From the NCBI GenBank assembly GCA_951406725.2, contig OX597814.1, forward strand, positions 172,608,001 to 172,672,000: a DNA stretch of 64,000 nucleotides. The letters are read 5' to 3'. The notes below the pieces were generated by a model that saw only the letters and a list, made by a program, of their open reading frames with translations, had not been told where the DNA came from and did no database searches. Shown piece by piece: positions 12,938 to 25,327 of the stretch. Both the position numbers and the translations under genes were made by a program. Each line of letters starts with the position of its first letter. Positions within the stretch are counted from its first letter, which is position 1. Source of the stretch: Octopus vulgaris. Lineage: Eukaryota.

Positions 12938-13205
12938 TTATAGATGTAGGTACACATGTATATATACATATAGATGTAGGTACGTACATATATGTATGTA
13001 TATATGTATATATATATATATGTATATATACACATGTATGTATATATCTAGCTATATTATCTATATTATATCTTTGTATGTATATATGTATATATATATA
13101 CATACATTATATATATATATATTATCTATATCTATGTATGTATATCTGTGTGTGTGCGCCCACGTCTGTATATATATATATATATATATGAAGTATATGT
13201 ATGTG

Positions 13206-13266
<61 letters not shown>

Positions 13267-13271
13267 ACACA
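12763..13271. repeat. Compound (CA)n/(TA)n microsatellite block
   Basis: Directly visible. Confidence 0.95.
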
Positions 13272-14023
13272 TCAGGACTTTTGTTTTGTTCTATGAAAGC
13301 ATCTCAGAAAAATACTTTTCATGGCTGACAATAAAGAAGTCAGTTAAGCAACTCAGTGTGCTTTAAGAAGGTTCTTTGATAATTTTGGTTCCTATCAAAA
13401 AGTTTTTTTTTTCTTTTCCTTGATAAATGACATTTGATACGATTTCTTTCAGCAGTGATTCCAATATCCCACCATTTTCTTTTTTTGTATTTCTCTTTTC
13501 TTATAAATATCTCAATAAGGCCCTCTATCTGTGACATTCATTTAAAACTGTCAATTGCACCTCCTCATCCTCCAGTCACTCCCCCTTAGCACACACTAAA
13601 ATAAAGTAAACAAAATATAACAAAAAGAACAAATAAGTTGTTTATTTTGGTGGGGGAGGCATTTCTGGCTGGGGGGATTTTTTTTTAGTGTTTTGCTTTG
13701 TTTTATTTTACTTAAAAAAATACACCTTTTCTTCTAAAACTAAGAATACAAAATACGTTGAAAAGAAAGACGAAATCATTTTCAGAAATATAAAGAGAAC
13801 CCACACTCATTGATGTTTTTTTTGCCTTAAGCAAGTTAAGTATCAAATTTCTCTCAATCGTGTACGGTATCAAAAGTGTTGTTAGGACATACAAATAATA
13901 GTATTATATACACTTCATGCAAAAAGCAAGTAAAAAGAAGGAAGGAAAGAAACAATTATCAAATATTTTTCTATGGATTTAGTAGTTTAGTTTGTGTTTG
14001 GTTGCTTTTTTATTCTTTTAACA

Positions 14024-14065
<42 letters not shown>

Positions 14066-14075
14066 CATACATACC

Positions 14076-14122
<47 letters not shown>

Positions 14123-14327
14123 GTATGTGTATAGATAAATAGAGAGATAGATATTAGCACACACAGGTACACACACACAAGCTCACGCGCATGTCTATAT
14201 GTATATGCGTGTGTTCGTATAAATATGTATGTATGTACGTATGTTTCTATGTATTATTCTAGTGTTAATTGCAGATTCCCTATTGTGCAACAACCGTGGT
14301 ACCCCCTCCTCCTCCTCCTCCACCTCA

Positions 14328-14368
<41 letters not shown>

Positions 14369-14434
14369 TTTCTATCCCGCTTATTGCTGCTGCGTAGCTA
14401 TTCATACATTTCATTATCATTATCACATAAAACA

Positions 14435-14652
14435 AGGCGGCGAGCTGGTGGAATCAATAAATTGCCGAGTCCAAATGCTTAGCGTTATTTCGTTCGCTTC
14501 TACGTTCTGAGTTCAAATTCCGCCGAGGTCGACTTTGCCTTTCATCCTTTCGGGATCAACAAATTAAATACCAGTGAAATACTGGACTCGGTGTAATCGA
14601 TTAGTCCAGTCCGACAAAATGTCATGACCTTGTGCCTTCAATAGAAAAGATT
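14435..14652 (+). mobile_element. SINE family A (Meta-domain-like), full length
   Basis: GGCGGCGAGCTGG head, GAGTTCAAATTCC B box, GCCTTTCATCCTTTCGGGATC core, CCTTGTGCC..AGAAAAGATT tail. Confidence 0.9.
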
Positions 14653-14967
14653 ATCACATATAAAACAAGCAAAAAAAAAAGTATTGATTAAAAACAAAAA
14701 CGCGATTGAGTAACAGCATCAGTTTGAGCGAGGGGAGCTCCCTCTTTTGTAGTTTGTTCTGTCTCTTTATTTTCCCTAGTTCAAATCCCTCCAATGTTAA
14801 CTTACTCTCTCATCCTTCCAGGATCGATAAATAAAGCTCCGGTCGAAATGTACTTGGGTGTTGATATTATTGCCTACTTTTCTACTCCCTCAAAATACCT
14901 GGTCTTGTGCTTTTTTTCAGAAACGTTATTATAATTACTTCAGAGATCAACGATTTTGGAGTGTAGT

Positions 14968-15281
14968 GAAGGTGTGTGGCCTAGTGGTTAGAGTATTCGG
15001 TTTCCGATCGCAAGGTCACGAGTTCAGTTCTCGGCAACGCGTTGTGTCCTTGAGTAAGACACTTTATTTCACGTTGTTCCAGTTCAGTAAGCTGGCAAAA
15101 ATTAGCAGTACCAGTATTTCAAAGGGCCAGCCTTGTCACACCCTGTGCCACGCTGACTCTCCTCGAGAACTACGTTAAGGTTACAAGTGTCTGTGGAGTC
15201 CTGAGCCACATACACGGTAATTTGACGAGCAGGCTGTTCCGTTGATCTGGGACCCTCGTCGTTGTCACCGACGAAGTGCCA
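14968..15281 (+). mobile_element. CORE-type tRNA SINE family C
   Basis: TGGCCTAGTGGTTAG A box, GAGTTCAGTTC B box, GTGTCCTTGAGTAAGACACTT CORE. Second copy at 34217. Confidence 0.85.
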
Positions 15282-17167
15282 GTCAAGTACCGTGTTAAAT
15301 GATTATGGAATTTAATTGCAAACTTACTACAGAGTTCCAAGTTCAAATCCTATCAGTCTTCGAAGATATGGGTTTTGGAGTAGAACTGGGTACTAGACTG
15401 CACAGTCCGGCCACGCCGACTCCAGAAGTATAGGCGTTTATTCATTGGATCTCGAATATAAATTTGGATGTGTGAGCGACCTCCGACCAAGTAACAACAC
15501 ACCCGTATTGACTCCCATGTTCATCCTTGCCGTGTCAATAAAATAAATAGCTATCTATCCTTGCTGTGTCAATAAAATAAATAGTCAAATAAATCGTCTA
15601 CATTCTTGTATAATGTATCTGTGCTTAAATCCAGCCGGAGTCAACTTTACCTTTTGTAAAGTACCTCTTAAGTTCTGACGCCTCTATAATCAACTGCCCG
15701 CTTTTTGCTGAAATTGTAGTGATTGTGTCCATGTAATATATCAAAATGATAATTATTAATAACAGGTAAGAGAAGGTGGACAAACTGAATCAGAACATCC
15801 CTAATAGATCGTTCCCTATAAGTGTTTAGTTTTGTCATTGTAAATGTTGAGTTTAGGCCAGCTGAAATCGACTTTGCTTTTCAGGCATTTTTAAGCAGAT
15901 AAATAGTAATAAGTGATATACGTTAGGTTGCTGTTATTGCTGCTGCTGTTGTTGTTGATGATGATTTTAATGTTGTTTAAACTTTGAGTCAATCCAAACC
16001 GGGTAGACCTGTAGTCATCCAATGATCTTTCTAGGTCTAGTACACATAAGGAAATATAACAGATGTCATTTTTTCTAAGATAGGAGCTTGCAATTGATAG
16101 CAGTTTGGCTGCTAATTCTAGCGTAGACCACGTTGATGATTTTCGTTGGCTCCATTGACGATAAGCCTCCTCTACGACTTATGACCAAAAACAATGCAAG
16201 AAATTGTCATTATCATAATTAGGTTAAAAAATGTGCTCTGTCGCATTTCAAGATGGGAAGGAAACAGGTTTTTTTTTTTGTTTCAATTTATATATTTAAT
16301 TACGATAATATTTCTCCTCATTAATTATAACATAATGCCATCTATTTTCACAAATTGATTATCCGGCACTCGTAAATTATTCTTTACGTTTTGAAGCAGA
16401 GAAACACTCAGTATGATTTTTAACTTCTTCAGGATTAATAAACTGTTTTCTCTTTAAATAATATTGAAGCGATCTGAAACAATGATAATAAAAAAGAGCA
16501 AATTGAAAAGATTAAAGAGGAAGATTCAAAAACTTGCATACTTTGTACCATAATATTTTTCTCAGTGGCTTGGACAATATAATGTCTTGCATTGTTTTGT
16601 AAGACTGATACCAACACTAAGCGCTTTTACTGCAAATTTTTGTGTTATGCTTCCAGATGACGACAAATACCTATCAGTGCTTGGTTTAAATTAGCATTTC
16701 TTTTGGTTGGGCTTAGCACTTCATGATAAGTAACGCAATTCATATTTCAGCAAACTCAGAGCATTACTTTCTTTCGATGAAGTTCTGGTTTGCGGGAAGA
16801 CTCACATTTTCCTATTGGGTGCCAAGCATTGTCTTTTCTGTTGGGTATGATTACAGAGAGTATATTTTTTTATCATATGAGATGATTCTACTCTGGAAAA
16901 TTTCGGTCGCAAATTTATTCTTCAGTGATAAGAAGAGAGCAACTCTTTGATTAAGCAGAAAAGCAGTGAGATGGTGAGGGATCCATTGACCAAGTTTAGA
17001 CACTGTACCTAGTTCATGAAGGTGTGTTATAATCGAAGTATGATAGAATATTTAAAACGTGTGAGTACAAATTCCATGAATATATATCTCGAGGAAATAA
17101 GCAGAAAATGTGTATGTATATACACCTCCATAAACTTACACCCACACATATATATGTAGACATGTAC

Positions 17168-17205
<38 letters not shown>

Positions 17206-17234
17206 GTATACATGTACATGTATATGTATATAAG

Positions 17235-17279
<45 letters not shown>

Positions 17280-17347
17280 TTTATATTTATAAAATCTAAA
17301 CAGATGGCAAATTAAACAACAAGATGATGCACGGAATATTCGCAGTT

Positions 17348-17416
17348 GAGTTTTCCTCTTCAGTCAAACACGCAAAATATCATAACAGTTTCACGCTAAT
17401 TACATTTGATACTGTT
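17348..17416 (-). ncRNA. Permuted (pseudoknot-order) hammerhead candidate, family 1 copy a
   Basis: AACAGT-A|TCAAATG taattagcgt GAAACTGTT atgatattttgcg TGTTTGA CTGAAGA GGAAAACTC. Confidence 0.55.
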
Positions 17417-18288
17417 GAATTTTCCAGGCACCAGTGCTTTTATAAGCTACTGGGAAAGGCTAGTGAATGTGTGCTAAGACAGAAAAAAAACAAGACCTTA
17501 TATCAATACAACAGACAACGAATCATGCATATATACCAGCACGATATATACAGCTATATACAAACGAAGAAAATAAATAGTAATAATTACACCTATGCTA
17601 TAAATACAACAGAAAGAGCTTTACAGTTGTCGTACGAACTAAGAGAAAATAGAGTAAGACCCAGAGAAGAGAACGGACGTAGGAAGAGCATGACCAATCT
17701 GGTCAAAAGTAGGACGAAAAAGAATGACACCGCTTTTATCGGGCACCGATCACGTGGTATGGAATAGGAAGTGTTGAGAAAAGGAAAGAGATGGGGGGGG
17801 GGGGGGCAAGAGGGAGAGAAAGTGAGAGAGAGAGACAAAGAGAGAACGAAGGAGCAGAGTAAGAAAGAGAGAGATGGGGGAAGGTGCAAAGAAGGCCAGT
17901 TATGGGGGAAAGATAGGGTAAGGTTAGAGAAAGTGAAAGTAAGATTAAATGTGGATAAAGATAGAGTAAGAGGAAAGAGGGGGAGGCAAAGAGAGTAAGA
18001 TGAGGGGTGGAAACAGATAGGGTAAGAGGGAAGGAAGGGAGAGAGAGCACGAAAACGAAAGGAAGACAGAGGGAGAAAGAGTGGAGATAGGGTTAAGAGT
18101 GGCACAGAAATATTCAAGGAATATTTTACAATAACGTAAACAAACGATGTACATTGCGCTACATGGATGTATCAAGAGTTGAACAGAAAGAATACGCCGA
18201 AAAGTTAGAAGAAAGCACAGTGAACGGAAAAGTAAACGAAGACTAAACGGACGGCAAATTAGACAAGATACACGGAATATTCATAGCT

Positions 18289-18357
18289 GAGTTTTCCTCT
18301 TCAGTCAAAGGCGCAAAGTATCGTAACGGTTTCGCACCAATTACCTTTGATACTGTT
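18289..18357 (-). ncRNA. Permuted hammerhead candidate, family 1 copy b
   Basis: AACAGT-A|TCAAAGG taattggtgc GAAACCGTT acgatactttgcg CCTTTGA CTGAAGA GGAAAACTC. Confidence 0.55.
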
Positions 18358-18599
18358 CAGTTTTGCAGGCGCCACACACAGACATACACACATGCTCACA
18401 CACTCACACATAGATACATATATTCTCATATAGATGAATATGCACGTGTGTGTGCTTGTATGCGTGCATTTATGAATGAAAATGAGTGGACTGATGATAA
18501 GAAAGATTGTTGGATGTGTGGCTGGAGGTAAGTTTGATCACCTTTAGGACTGCTAGTTGTAGTTACACTCCATGACTACTTCACTATTGTTGGCGTATA

Positions 18600-18653
18600 T
18601 GCTGCTGCTGCTGCTGCTGCTACTACTACTACTACTACTATTAAGACTACTAC

Positions 18654-18685
<32 letters not shown>

Positions 18686-18690
18686 TTACG

Positions 18691-18736
<46 letters not shown>

Positions 18737-18741
18737 TTAAG

Positions 18742-18812
<71 letters not shown>

Positions 18813-18974
18813 AGCTGCTGCTGCTACATTTGTAGCTGCCGCTGTTACTACTACTACTAACAACAACAGGACAGCCGCAGCCGTCGCCACCACAACCACT
18901 ACCATTACTACTACTACCACCACCACCACCACCACCACCACCTCCACCACCACTACCACCACCACCACCACCAC
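18600..18974. repeat. (GCT)n/(CTA)n/(CAC)n microsatellite
   Basis: Directly visible. Confidence 0.95.
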
Positions 18975-19249
18975 TTCTGCCGCTGCATCCTACTGTTGGC
19001 TTTGTGGATGGAATCATTGAATGTTTGACTGATGAAATAATGGATTCCTGGATTCATGGATTCACAGAATGACTGACGACGGCTAGATGCAATTATGGAC
19101 TAAAACATTAATGAGTAAATGGCAAGATATATGATTAATTACTTCTGGCTGGCTTGTTGGCTGGCTGGCTGTTTCGTTGACTAAATACCTGGCCGGCTGC
19201 ATAGCTTGTGGGCTGGTAGGACAGCAGGCTGTCTATCTCCCAGGCTGGT

Positions 19250-19420
19250 TAGCTGGCTGACTGGCTGGCTGGATGGATGGATGACTGGATGGGTGGATGG
19301 ATGGATGGATGGATGGATGGATGGATGGATGGATGGATGGATGGAATTGCTACCTAAATGGTTGACTGGATTGATGGATATTTAGATTGACGTGTTAATA
19401 GACAGAGAGATGGATAGACA

Positions 19421-19466
<46 letters not shown>

Positions 19467-19550
19467 GGATGGATGGATGGATGGATGGATGGATAGATGG
19501 ATGGATGGATGGATGGATGGTTGGATAGATGGACGGATGGATGGCTGGAT
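19250..19550. repeat. (GGAT)n/(AGAT)n microsatellite
   Basis: Directly visible. Confidence 0.95.
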
Positions 19551-19613
19551 GACGACAGAGGGAGATATAAATACATACCCACATACGTAGGTGCACGGAT
19601 TGATGGCTAGATG

Positions 19614-19649
<36 letters not shown>

Positions 19650-19650
<1 letters not shown>

Positions 19651-20286
19651 TAGCAGTATCGCCCGGCGTTGCTCGTGTTTGTAAGGGAAATAACTATATA
19701 AGCATTTTTAGAGAGTTATAGCCAAAAAATAGCAAAAAATGCATTAAAAATGGAAAAAATATGATGGTAAATTTTTTTTAAAATCGTTGACTCATCGTAG
19801 ACATTTTTAGAGAGTTACTTCCCTTATATAATAGCGAAAAAATGCATTAAAATGGAAAAAAAACGATGGTAAATTTTTTTTTAAATCGTAGACTCATGTA
19901 GACGCTTTCTTAGCCATTTCTGTTTTGGTGTCTTCAAGCCATGAAGTCGTTGTTCTAAAAGAACACTGGTCTCCTTGACAACGCATTACGACGTTGATTT
20001 CCTTACACTCCCTTCCCCACAGGTACAGGTGTGAGCGTGGACGCCAACTCCGCCGCCATCGACACACGAAAAATTATGCATTAAAATGGAATAAAAAATG
20101 ATGTTAAATTATTTTTAAAATCGTAGACTCATCGTAGACGCGCGCTAATATTCAGACGGGCTCGATATGAATCACGACTATAAGCTACCCGAATTTGGTT
20201 AAACTGTACCGCAAAATGTGGGAGTAGTTAGGAATCTAAATCGAAGGGGACAGACACTCACACAACTACAGTTTTATATATATAGA
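19650..20286 (-). mobile_element. Non-autonomous Helitron
   Basis: Minus strand starts A|TCTATATATATAAAA and ends GAGCAACGCCGGGCGATACTGCTAG|T (hairpin + CTAG, AT target); internal ~110-bp repeats. Confidence 0.85.
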
Positions 20287-20299
20287 TATACATAGCGCA

Positions 20300-20665
20300 G
20301 TAGTGGTGAGATATGACAGCAAAGAAAAGCATACATTCACTCTCTGCATGCAATTAGACTCGGAAAGTTCGTGAGGAACCCATTGACCCAATTTGCTGAC
20401 TTTTCCGATAGCACACAGGTGTCAATGAATGGTTGAATGACCAAATCCAAGCTTCTCTGCTAGTTCCTCAACAGTTACGATGAGATTTTGTTCCACCAGG
20501 GTTTTCAGGATGTCCTTGTCGAGTTCTACAGATCTTTCAGGATGAGGCTCGTCTTCTAGGCTGTAGTTTATGGCTCGGGATTTCTGGAACCACCATTGAC
20601 ACTGCCTTACGCTTATTGTCCAATCCCCATATACTGCATTAATATTTCTTGTACTTTGCACACAT
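20300..20665 (-). pseudogene. mariner transposase N-terminal fragment
   Basis: RNINAVYG, WFQK..SLEDEP, TVEELAEKLG HTH, then a stop and KLGQWVPHEL (mariner signature). Confidence 0.9.
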
Positions 20666-20721
20666 TTATATTCTGTTATTCTTTTATATGTTTCAGCCTT
20701 GAGGTTGTGGCCATGCTGGAT

Positions 20722-20752
<31 letters not shown>

Positions 20753-21419
20753 CTATCTGTCTGTCTGTCTGTATGTATATATGTATATGTATGTGTGTGA
20801 ACAATAATATTTTCAACAGATGTGTTGCAAATGTATCTGATTGTTCTCAAGCTTCAATACTGTGTGTGTGTGTATGTGTGTGTGTGTATGTATGTATGTA
20901 TATGTATGTATGTATGTATATGTATGTATGTATGTGTGTATGTATGTGTGTGTGTGTATGTATGTATGTATGTATGTATGTATGTATGAGTGTATGTTTA
21001 CTTTATTACTAATTACTCTCTTCCAAGAACATTTTCACTCACTCTTAGCTCTTAGCTTCCCATACATTTTACTCATGTATCTATCAGCGTCATGGACAGA
21101 ATACTTTCACTTTAGTCTTCCTCAAATCTCTCTGTCGCTATTTACTTTCATTTTATTCGTTGCCCACTGTGTGTGTGCGTTTGCGTGTGGTGTAAACCAG
21201 ACTAAGAAAAGCATTTGACACACACACCAGAATGTGAGTTTTCTGTAAATTTTGCTTAATTGGAGTTTAAATTTTAAAAACTGGACCTGGCATGACGCGA
21301 TGCATTGTACTCTTAAAAATGCCAGGTAAATTGTAATTGAAGAAATCCTATATTGTAGATTTGTATAACTCCCAAAGGGAGGCAGATAAAATCTGCCTTT
21401 TATAATAAGAGATATATAT

Positions 21420-21634
21420 CCAGTGATGTTGCTACACATCGCTGGTTACAATGCACTTCGCATTGTTTTAGCCTTTAATGACGCCACCCCGTTAGCTAAG
21501 CGAGCAGGCCAGCAGAAGAGAGAATGAGAGAAAACTATGGGGAAAGAGTACACCAGGGATCGTCACCAGCCCCCGCCGGACATTCTTGGAGCTTTAGGTA
21601 TTTTTACTGCCCTAACCACTGGGCCATTGCGCCT

Positions 21635-21637
<3 letters not shown>
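21420..21637 (-). mobile_element. tRNA-derived SINE family D, internally deleted
   Basis: Minus head GTGGAGGCGCAATGGCCCAGTGGTTAGGGCAG; body matches 38545-38610. Confidence 0.6.
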
Positions 21638-21681
<44 letters not shown>

Positions 21682-21682
<1 letters not shown>

Positions 21683-22042
21683 CTCTATATATAAACGGCA
21701 AAATGTCTGTGTGCGTGTCCTTTATACAAATCCACAATGTTTCAGTTAGAGGGCTCGCACTTTCTATGGTCATTCAAAACTGTCCAAGGGTGGTCGTGCA
21801 CATCTTTACATTTCCCCAGTCATCCCGCAAAGCCATTAAAAAATCAACAGAAGTGACTTTTTGTGAATTTGCTATCCAAAAACCCAATCAAAATGCTCGA
21901 AACTTGATATGCCAATTGAATACCAGCTAGCTGTATGTGATTGGTCGGAGATTTGGACAGTACTCGCGTGTATGTGCGCACGCACGCAGCTGTATATGCA
22001 TGCACTAGCAGTATGACCCGGCGTTGCCGGGTCATAGTGCTA

Positions 22043-22043
<1 letters not shown>
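21682..22043 (+). mobile_element. Non-autonomous Helitron with fully palindromic 3' end
   Basis: 5' TC(TC)TATATATAAA; 3' ACTAGCAGTATGACCCGGCGTTGCCGGGTCATAGTGCTAG|T. Confidence 0.8.
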
Positions 22044-22090
<47 letters not shown>

Positions 22091-22171
22091 ATATATAAAT
22101 AACGAAGGCGGCTATATGCAATATATATATATATATACGTAGTTCATATATATATATATATATAACGTCGT

Positions 22172-22210
22172 AAGAAATTTGAAAAGCTAAACGCGAAACC
22201 GGTCTTTCTT
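22172..22210 (+). ncRNA. Degenerate minimal type I hammerhead remnant
   Basis: AAGAAA t TTGAAAA GC taaac GC GAAAC CG GTC TTTCTT; 3' half canonical, CUGANGA altered. Confidence 0.35.
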
Positions 22211-22328
22211 CTAAACTATGTCATTGTAAGGAGAAAATTTTTTTTAATATTCTTCAGACATATTGACGCAAATATATATATTTTTAACCTTTAAGCCTTC
22301 TGTAGTTTTTTCACTTTTTACTATTTTC

Positions 22329-22363
<35 letters not shown>

Positions 22364-22548
22364 TTATCCAGAAACAGAAACATGCGCCTTCACACACACT
22401 AACACATATCAATTCATTTTTCTGGTACTCATATGAATGTAAGAATCCTTGTTAGGTTGTGATCAGCAGAAGATAAACGGAGCTGCCGTAACCAAAAGCT
22501 GATGCTAAGAAGTTTATAAACTAACATAAGCAACAGAAATAGACATTA

Positions 22549-22930
22549 TATTCTTTTCTACTTTAGGCACAAGGCCCGAAATTTGGGGGGAGAGGGCCAG
22601 TCGGTTACATCGACCTCAGTACGCAACTGGTACTTAATTTATCAACCCAGAAAGGATGAAAGACAAAGTCGACCTCGGCGGAATTTGAACTCTAAACGTA
22701 ACGGCAGACGACATACCTATTTCTTTACTACCCACAAGGGGCTAAACACAGAGAGGACAAACATGCACATACAAACGGATTAAGTCGATTATACCGACCC
22801 CAGTGCGAAACTGGTACTTTTTAATCGACCCCGAAAGGATGAAAGGCAAAGTCGACCTCGGCGGAATTTGAACTCAGAACGTAGCGGCAGGCGAAATACG
22901 GTTAAGCACTTCCACCGGCGTGCTAACATT
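22549..22930 (-). mobile_element. Two tandem SINE A copies with different 3' tails
   Basis: Two GTCGACCTCGGCGGAATTTGAACTC boxes; tails at about 22550 and 22718 differ. Confidence 0.9.
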
Positions 22931-23207
22931 TCTACCAACTTGCCATCTTGAAATAACTAAAGTTATCCATCTTTACTGAACCCTTCGTAAATACCTTTCA
23001 TAGAATATTTCTGACATGGTTTTTTCTATAAATATTATAATAGTTCTTCCTACTAAATTGGTTTTGTTTTTTATTTTTATGTTAATTTCAGGAAATACAG
23101 CATTTTCTTTAAACTTTTACATGCAACAATATTTTAAGAGTTTTTTTTCCTGTTTTACGTTGTTTTCAGGTTCTACTATCTAGCATCATTCAAATATACG
23201 CATCATT

Positions 23208-23272
<65 letters not shown>

Positions 23273-23753
23273 GATGAGTGTATTTTTACCTTGTTAACAA
23301 TTAACACGGAAGAAATAAATAAATAGTTACCAGGGCAGCAAAAATCTCACAAGTAAAGGTGCTGTAACTCCTTGTTTATAAAGGTAGAAACTTCGTGTTT
23401 ACGTTGAATATTTTGAATAATATATGAATAAATAAATGGAGTTTAACGCAGGTGTAATCAAATATTTTTACTTTCGACACATGTTTCGAAAATTCCACTG
23501 ATACTATTCAAAAGAATAAATGGTATAAACATTGCAATCTTCTCAGGAAAGTGAAAAAAACGAAACTCGTCAATAAGACATTTTAGCAAAAAATGATGGA
23601 TTTGTATAGCGATTGACAGAACGCTATTAATATTGTTTAAAAAAACGTTATATGATATAACGTCATAAGTAGCTAACAGAAAGAGTAGGGATATTAATAG
23701 TGAATGTTAAATATAAAGGAAATTAAATTTTAAATTATATATAATGATAGAGA

Positions 23754-24354
23754 CTACTTATATGCACTAAATGTATGTTTTTGCCAATGCTTACATCTGT
23801 ATGCTCGCTCTATAACCGTGTTTACTAGAGTATTTTTAGAAAAAGTAATGAAAAATAGCTCAGAATTGCAGAGAAGACAGAATTTCTTGCCTTTGTCATA
23901 TGGTATCGAAATTGAGAGAATCAACCATTCTAAATGAAATTGTTCATTGTGGCCTTTTAAATCCCAAATCAGTTTGCTGAGACCGGTACTATTCCGTTTA
24001 TTTCTATCCCTAAATGTTGAGTAATGGATAGAAATTCTTTTAGATAACTCTAACGATGTGCTTCCAATGTAAAATCGTACTTTATTACGAGTACTGATTA
24101 TACGCTGGTATATAGAATTTTTAATCTTAGAGTTACTTGACATAAACTTAATTCTATTGGAATTGAGTTCAGATACAATAACCTTGTTATTAATATTTCT
24201 AGAGGGTTGGATGGTATTCGCTAAATTAATGTTAGTATTAGTAAATGTATTAATATTTAACAGTTTGTTGCTATGAGAAGAGATAATTTGCAAGAGATTT
24301 TTTGTGTTTGAAAAACCTATCCTAACCTTATGTGGATTGATAATAGAGTAATAT
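23754..24354 (-). pseudogene. PLE C-terminal GIY-YIG endonuclease (truncated ORF)
   Basis: NSIYQ...FYIGST...KRISIH...STGLSKLIWDLK...CLLCNSE...LVN...CKH, typical of the PLE endonuclease C-terminus. Confidence 0.88.
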
Positions 24355-24790
24355 ACTGATTTGGGATTTAAAAGACCACAATGAACAATTTCATTTAGAC
24401 TGGCTGATTCTCTCAATTTCGATACCATATGACAAAGGCAAGAAATTCTGTCTTCTCTGCAATTCTGAGCTATTTTTCATTATTTTTTTCTAAAAATACT
24501 CTAGTAAACACGGAGCGAGCATACAGATGTATAGAGCGAGCATACAGATGTAAGCATTGGCAAAAACATACATTTAGTGCATATAAGTAGTCTCTATCAT
24601 TATATATAATTTAAAATTTAATTTCCTTTATATTTAACATTCACTATTAATATCCCTACTCTTTCTGTTAGCTACTTATGACGTTATATCATATAAGGTT
24701 TTTTTAAACAATATTAATAGCGTTCTGTCTATCGCTATACAAATCCATCATTTTTTGCTAAAATGTCTTATTGACGAGTTTCGTTTTTTC

Positions 24791-24876
24791 ACTTTCCTGA
24801 GGAGAAGATTGCATTGTTTATACCATTTATTCTTTTGAATAGTATCAGTGGAATTTTCGAAACATGTGTCGAAAGT
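24791..24876 (+). ncRNA. Type I hammerhead ribozyme, intact core
   Basis: ACTTTC-CTGAGGA-GAAGATT...AATTTTC-GAAAC ATGT GTC|GAAAGT; predicted cleavage after 24870. Confidence 0.85.
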
Positions 24877-25242
24877 AAAAATATTTGATTACACCTGCGT
24901 TAAACTCCATTTATTTATTCATATATATATATATATATATATATATAAAGAGAGAGAGAGAGAGAAAGAGAGAGAGGGTTATATACGTATAAGCGTAATA
25001 TTCTGTTACTTGCTTCCTTTTTGTTTTCCGCTGATATGAGTATTGAGCATGTCCTTGTAAATGTGTTACTTCAAGAAGCATAATTTTGTGTCCGTGGATA
25101 GCGTATATACAGATTACATGAATGTATGAGAAAAAGAAGAGAGAGAACAACAGAAAGGGAGAGAGAGGGGGGCAGACAGACGGACAGTGAACGAGAGCAA
25201 GAGGATTAAATAGACAGAGCGATTTATGTGCATGTGTGCCTC

Positions 25243-25296
<54 letters not shown>

Positions 25297-25327
25297 ATAC
25301 ATACATACATATATGCTTCCCACCCAC

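Larger units (their letters stand above)
17296..18374 (-). mobile_element. Non-coding element with ~135-bp direct terminal repeats, each carrying a hammerhead-like motif (retrozyme or pLTR-like)
   Basis: 17296-17433 aligns with 18243-18374; pyrimidine-rich (minus) interior; flanked by (TA)n and (CA)n. Confidence 0.75.
23270..24926 (-). mobile_element. Penelope-like element 3' fragment with inverted pseudo-LTR, inserted in (TA)n
   Basis: GIY-YIG ORF; arms 23421-23973 and 24355-24926 are reverse complements; hammerhead in the arm. Confidence 0.9.

Noticed and set aside
14435-14530. tRNA genes at SINE heads
   Set aside because: A/B boxes only, no cloverleaf, and they continue into SINE cores
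24355-24428. Start of ORF 23754..24428 (MVSKLRES...)
   Set aside because: Comes from the antisense of the inverted arm, not the PLE reading frame
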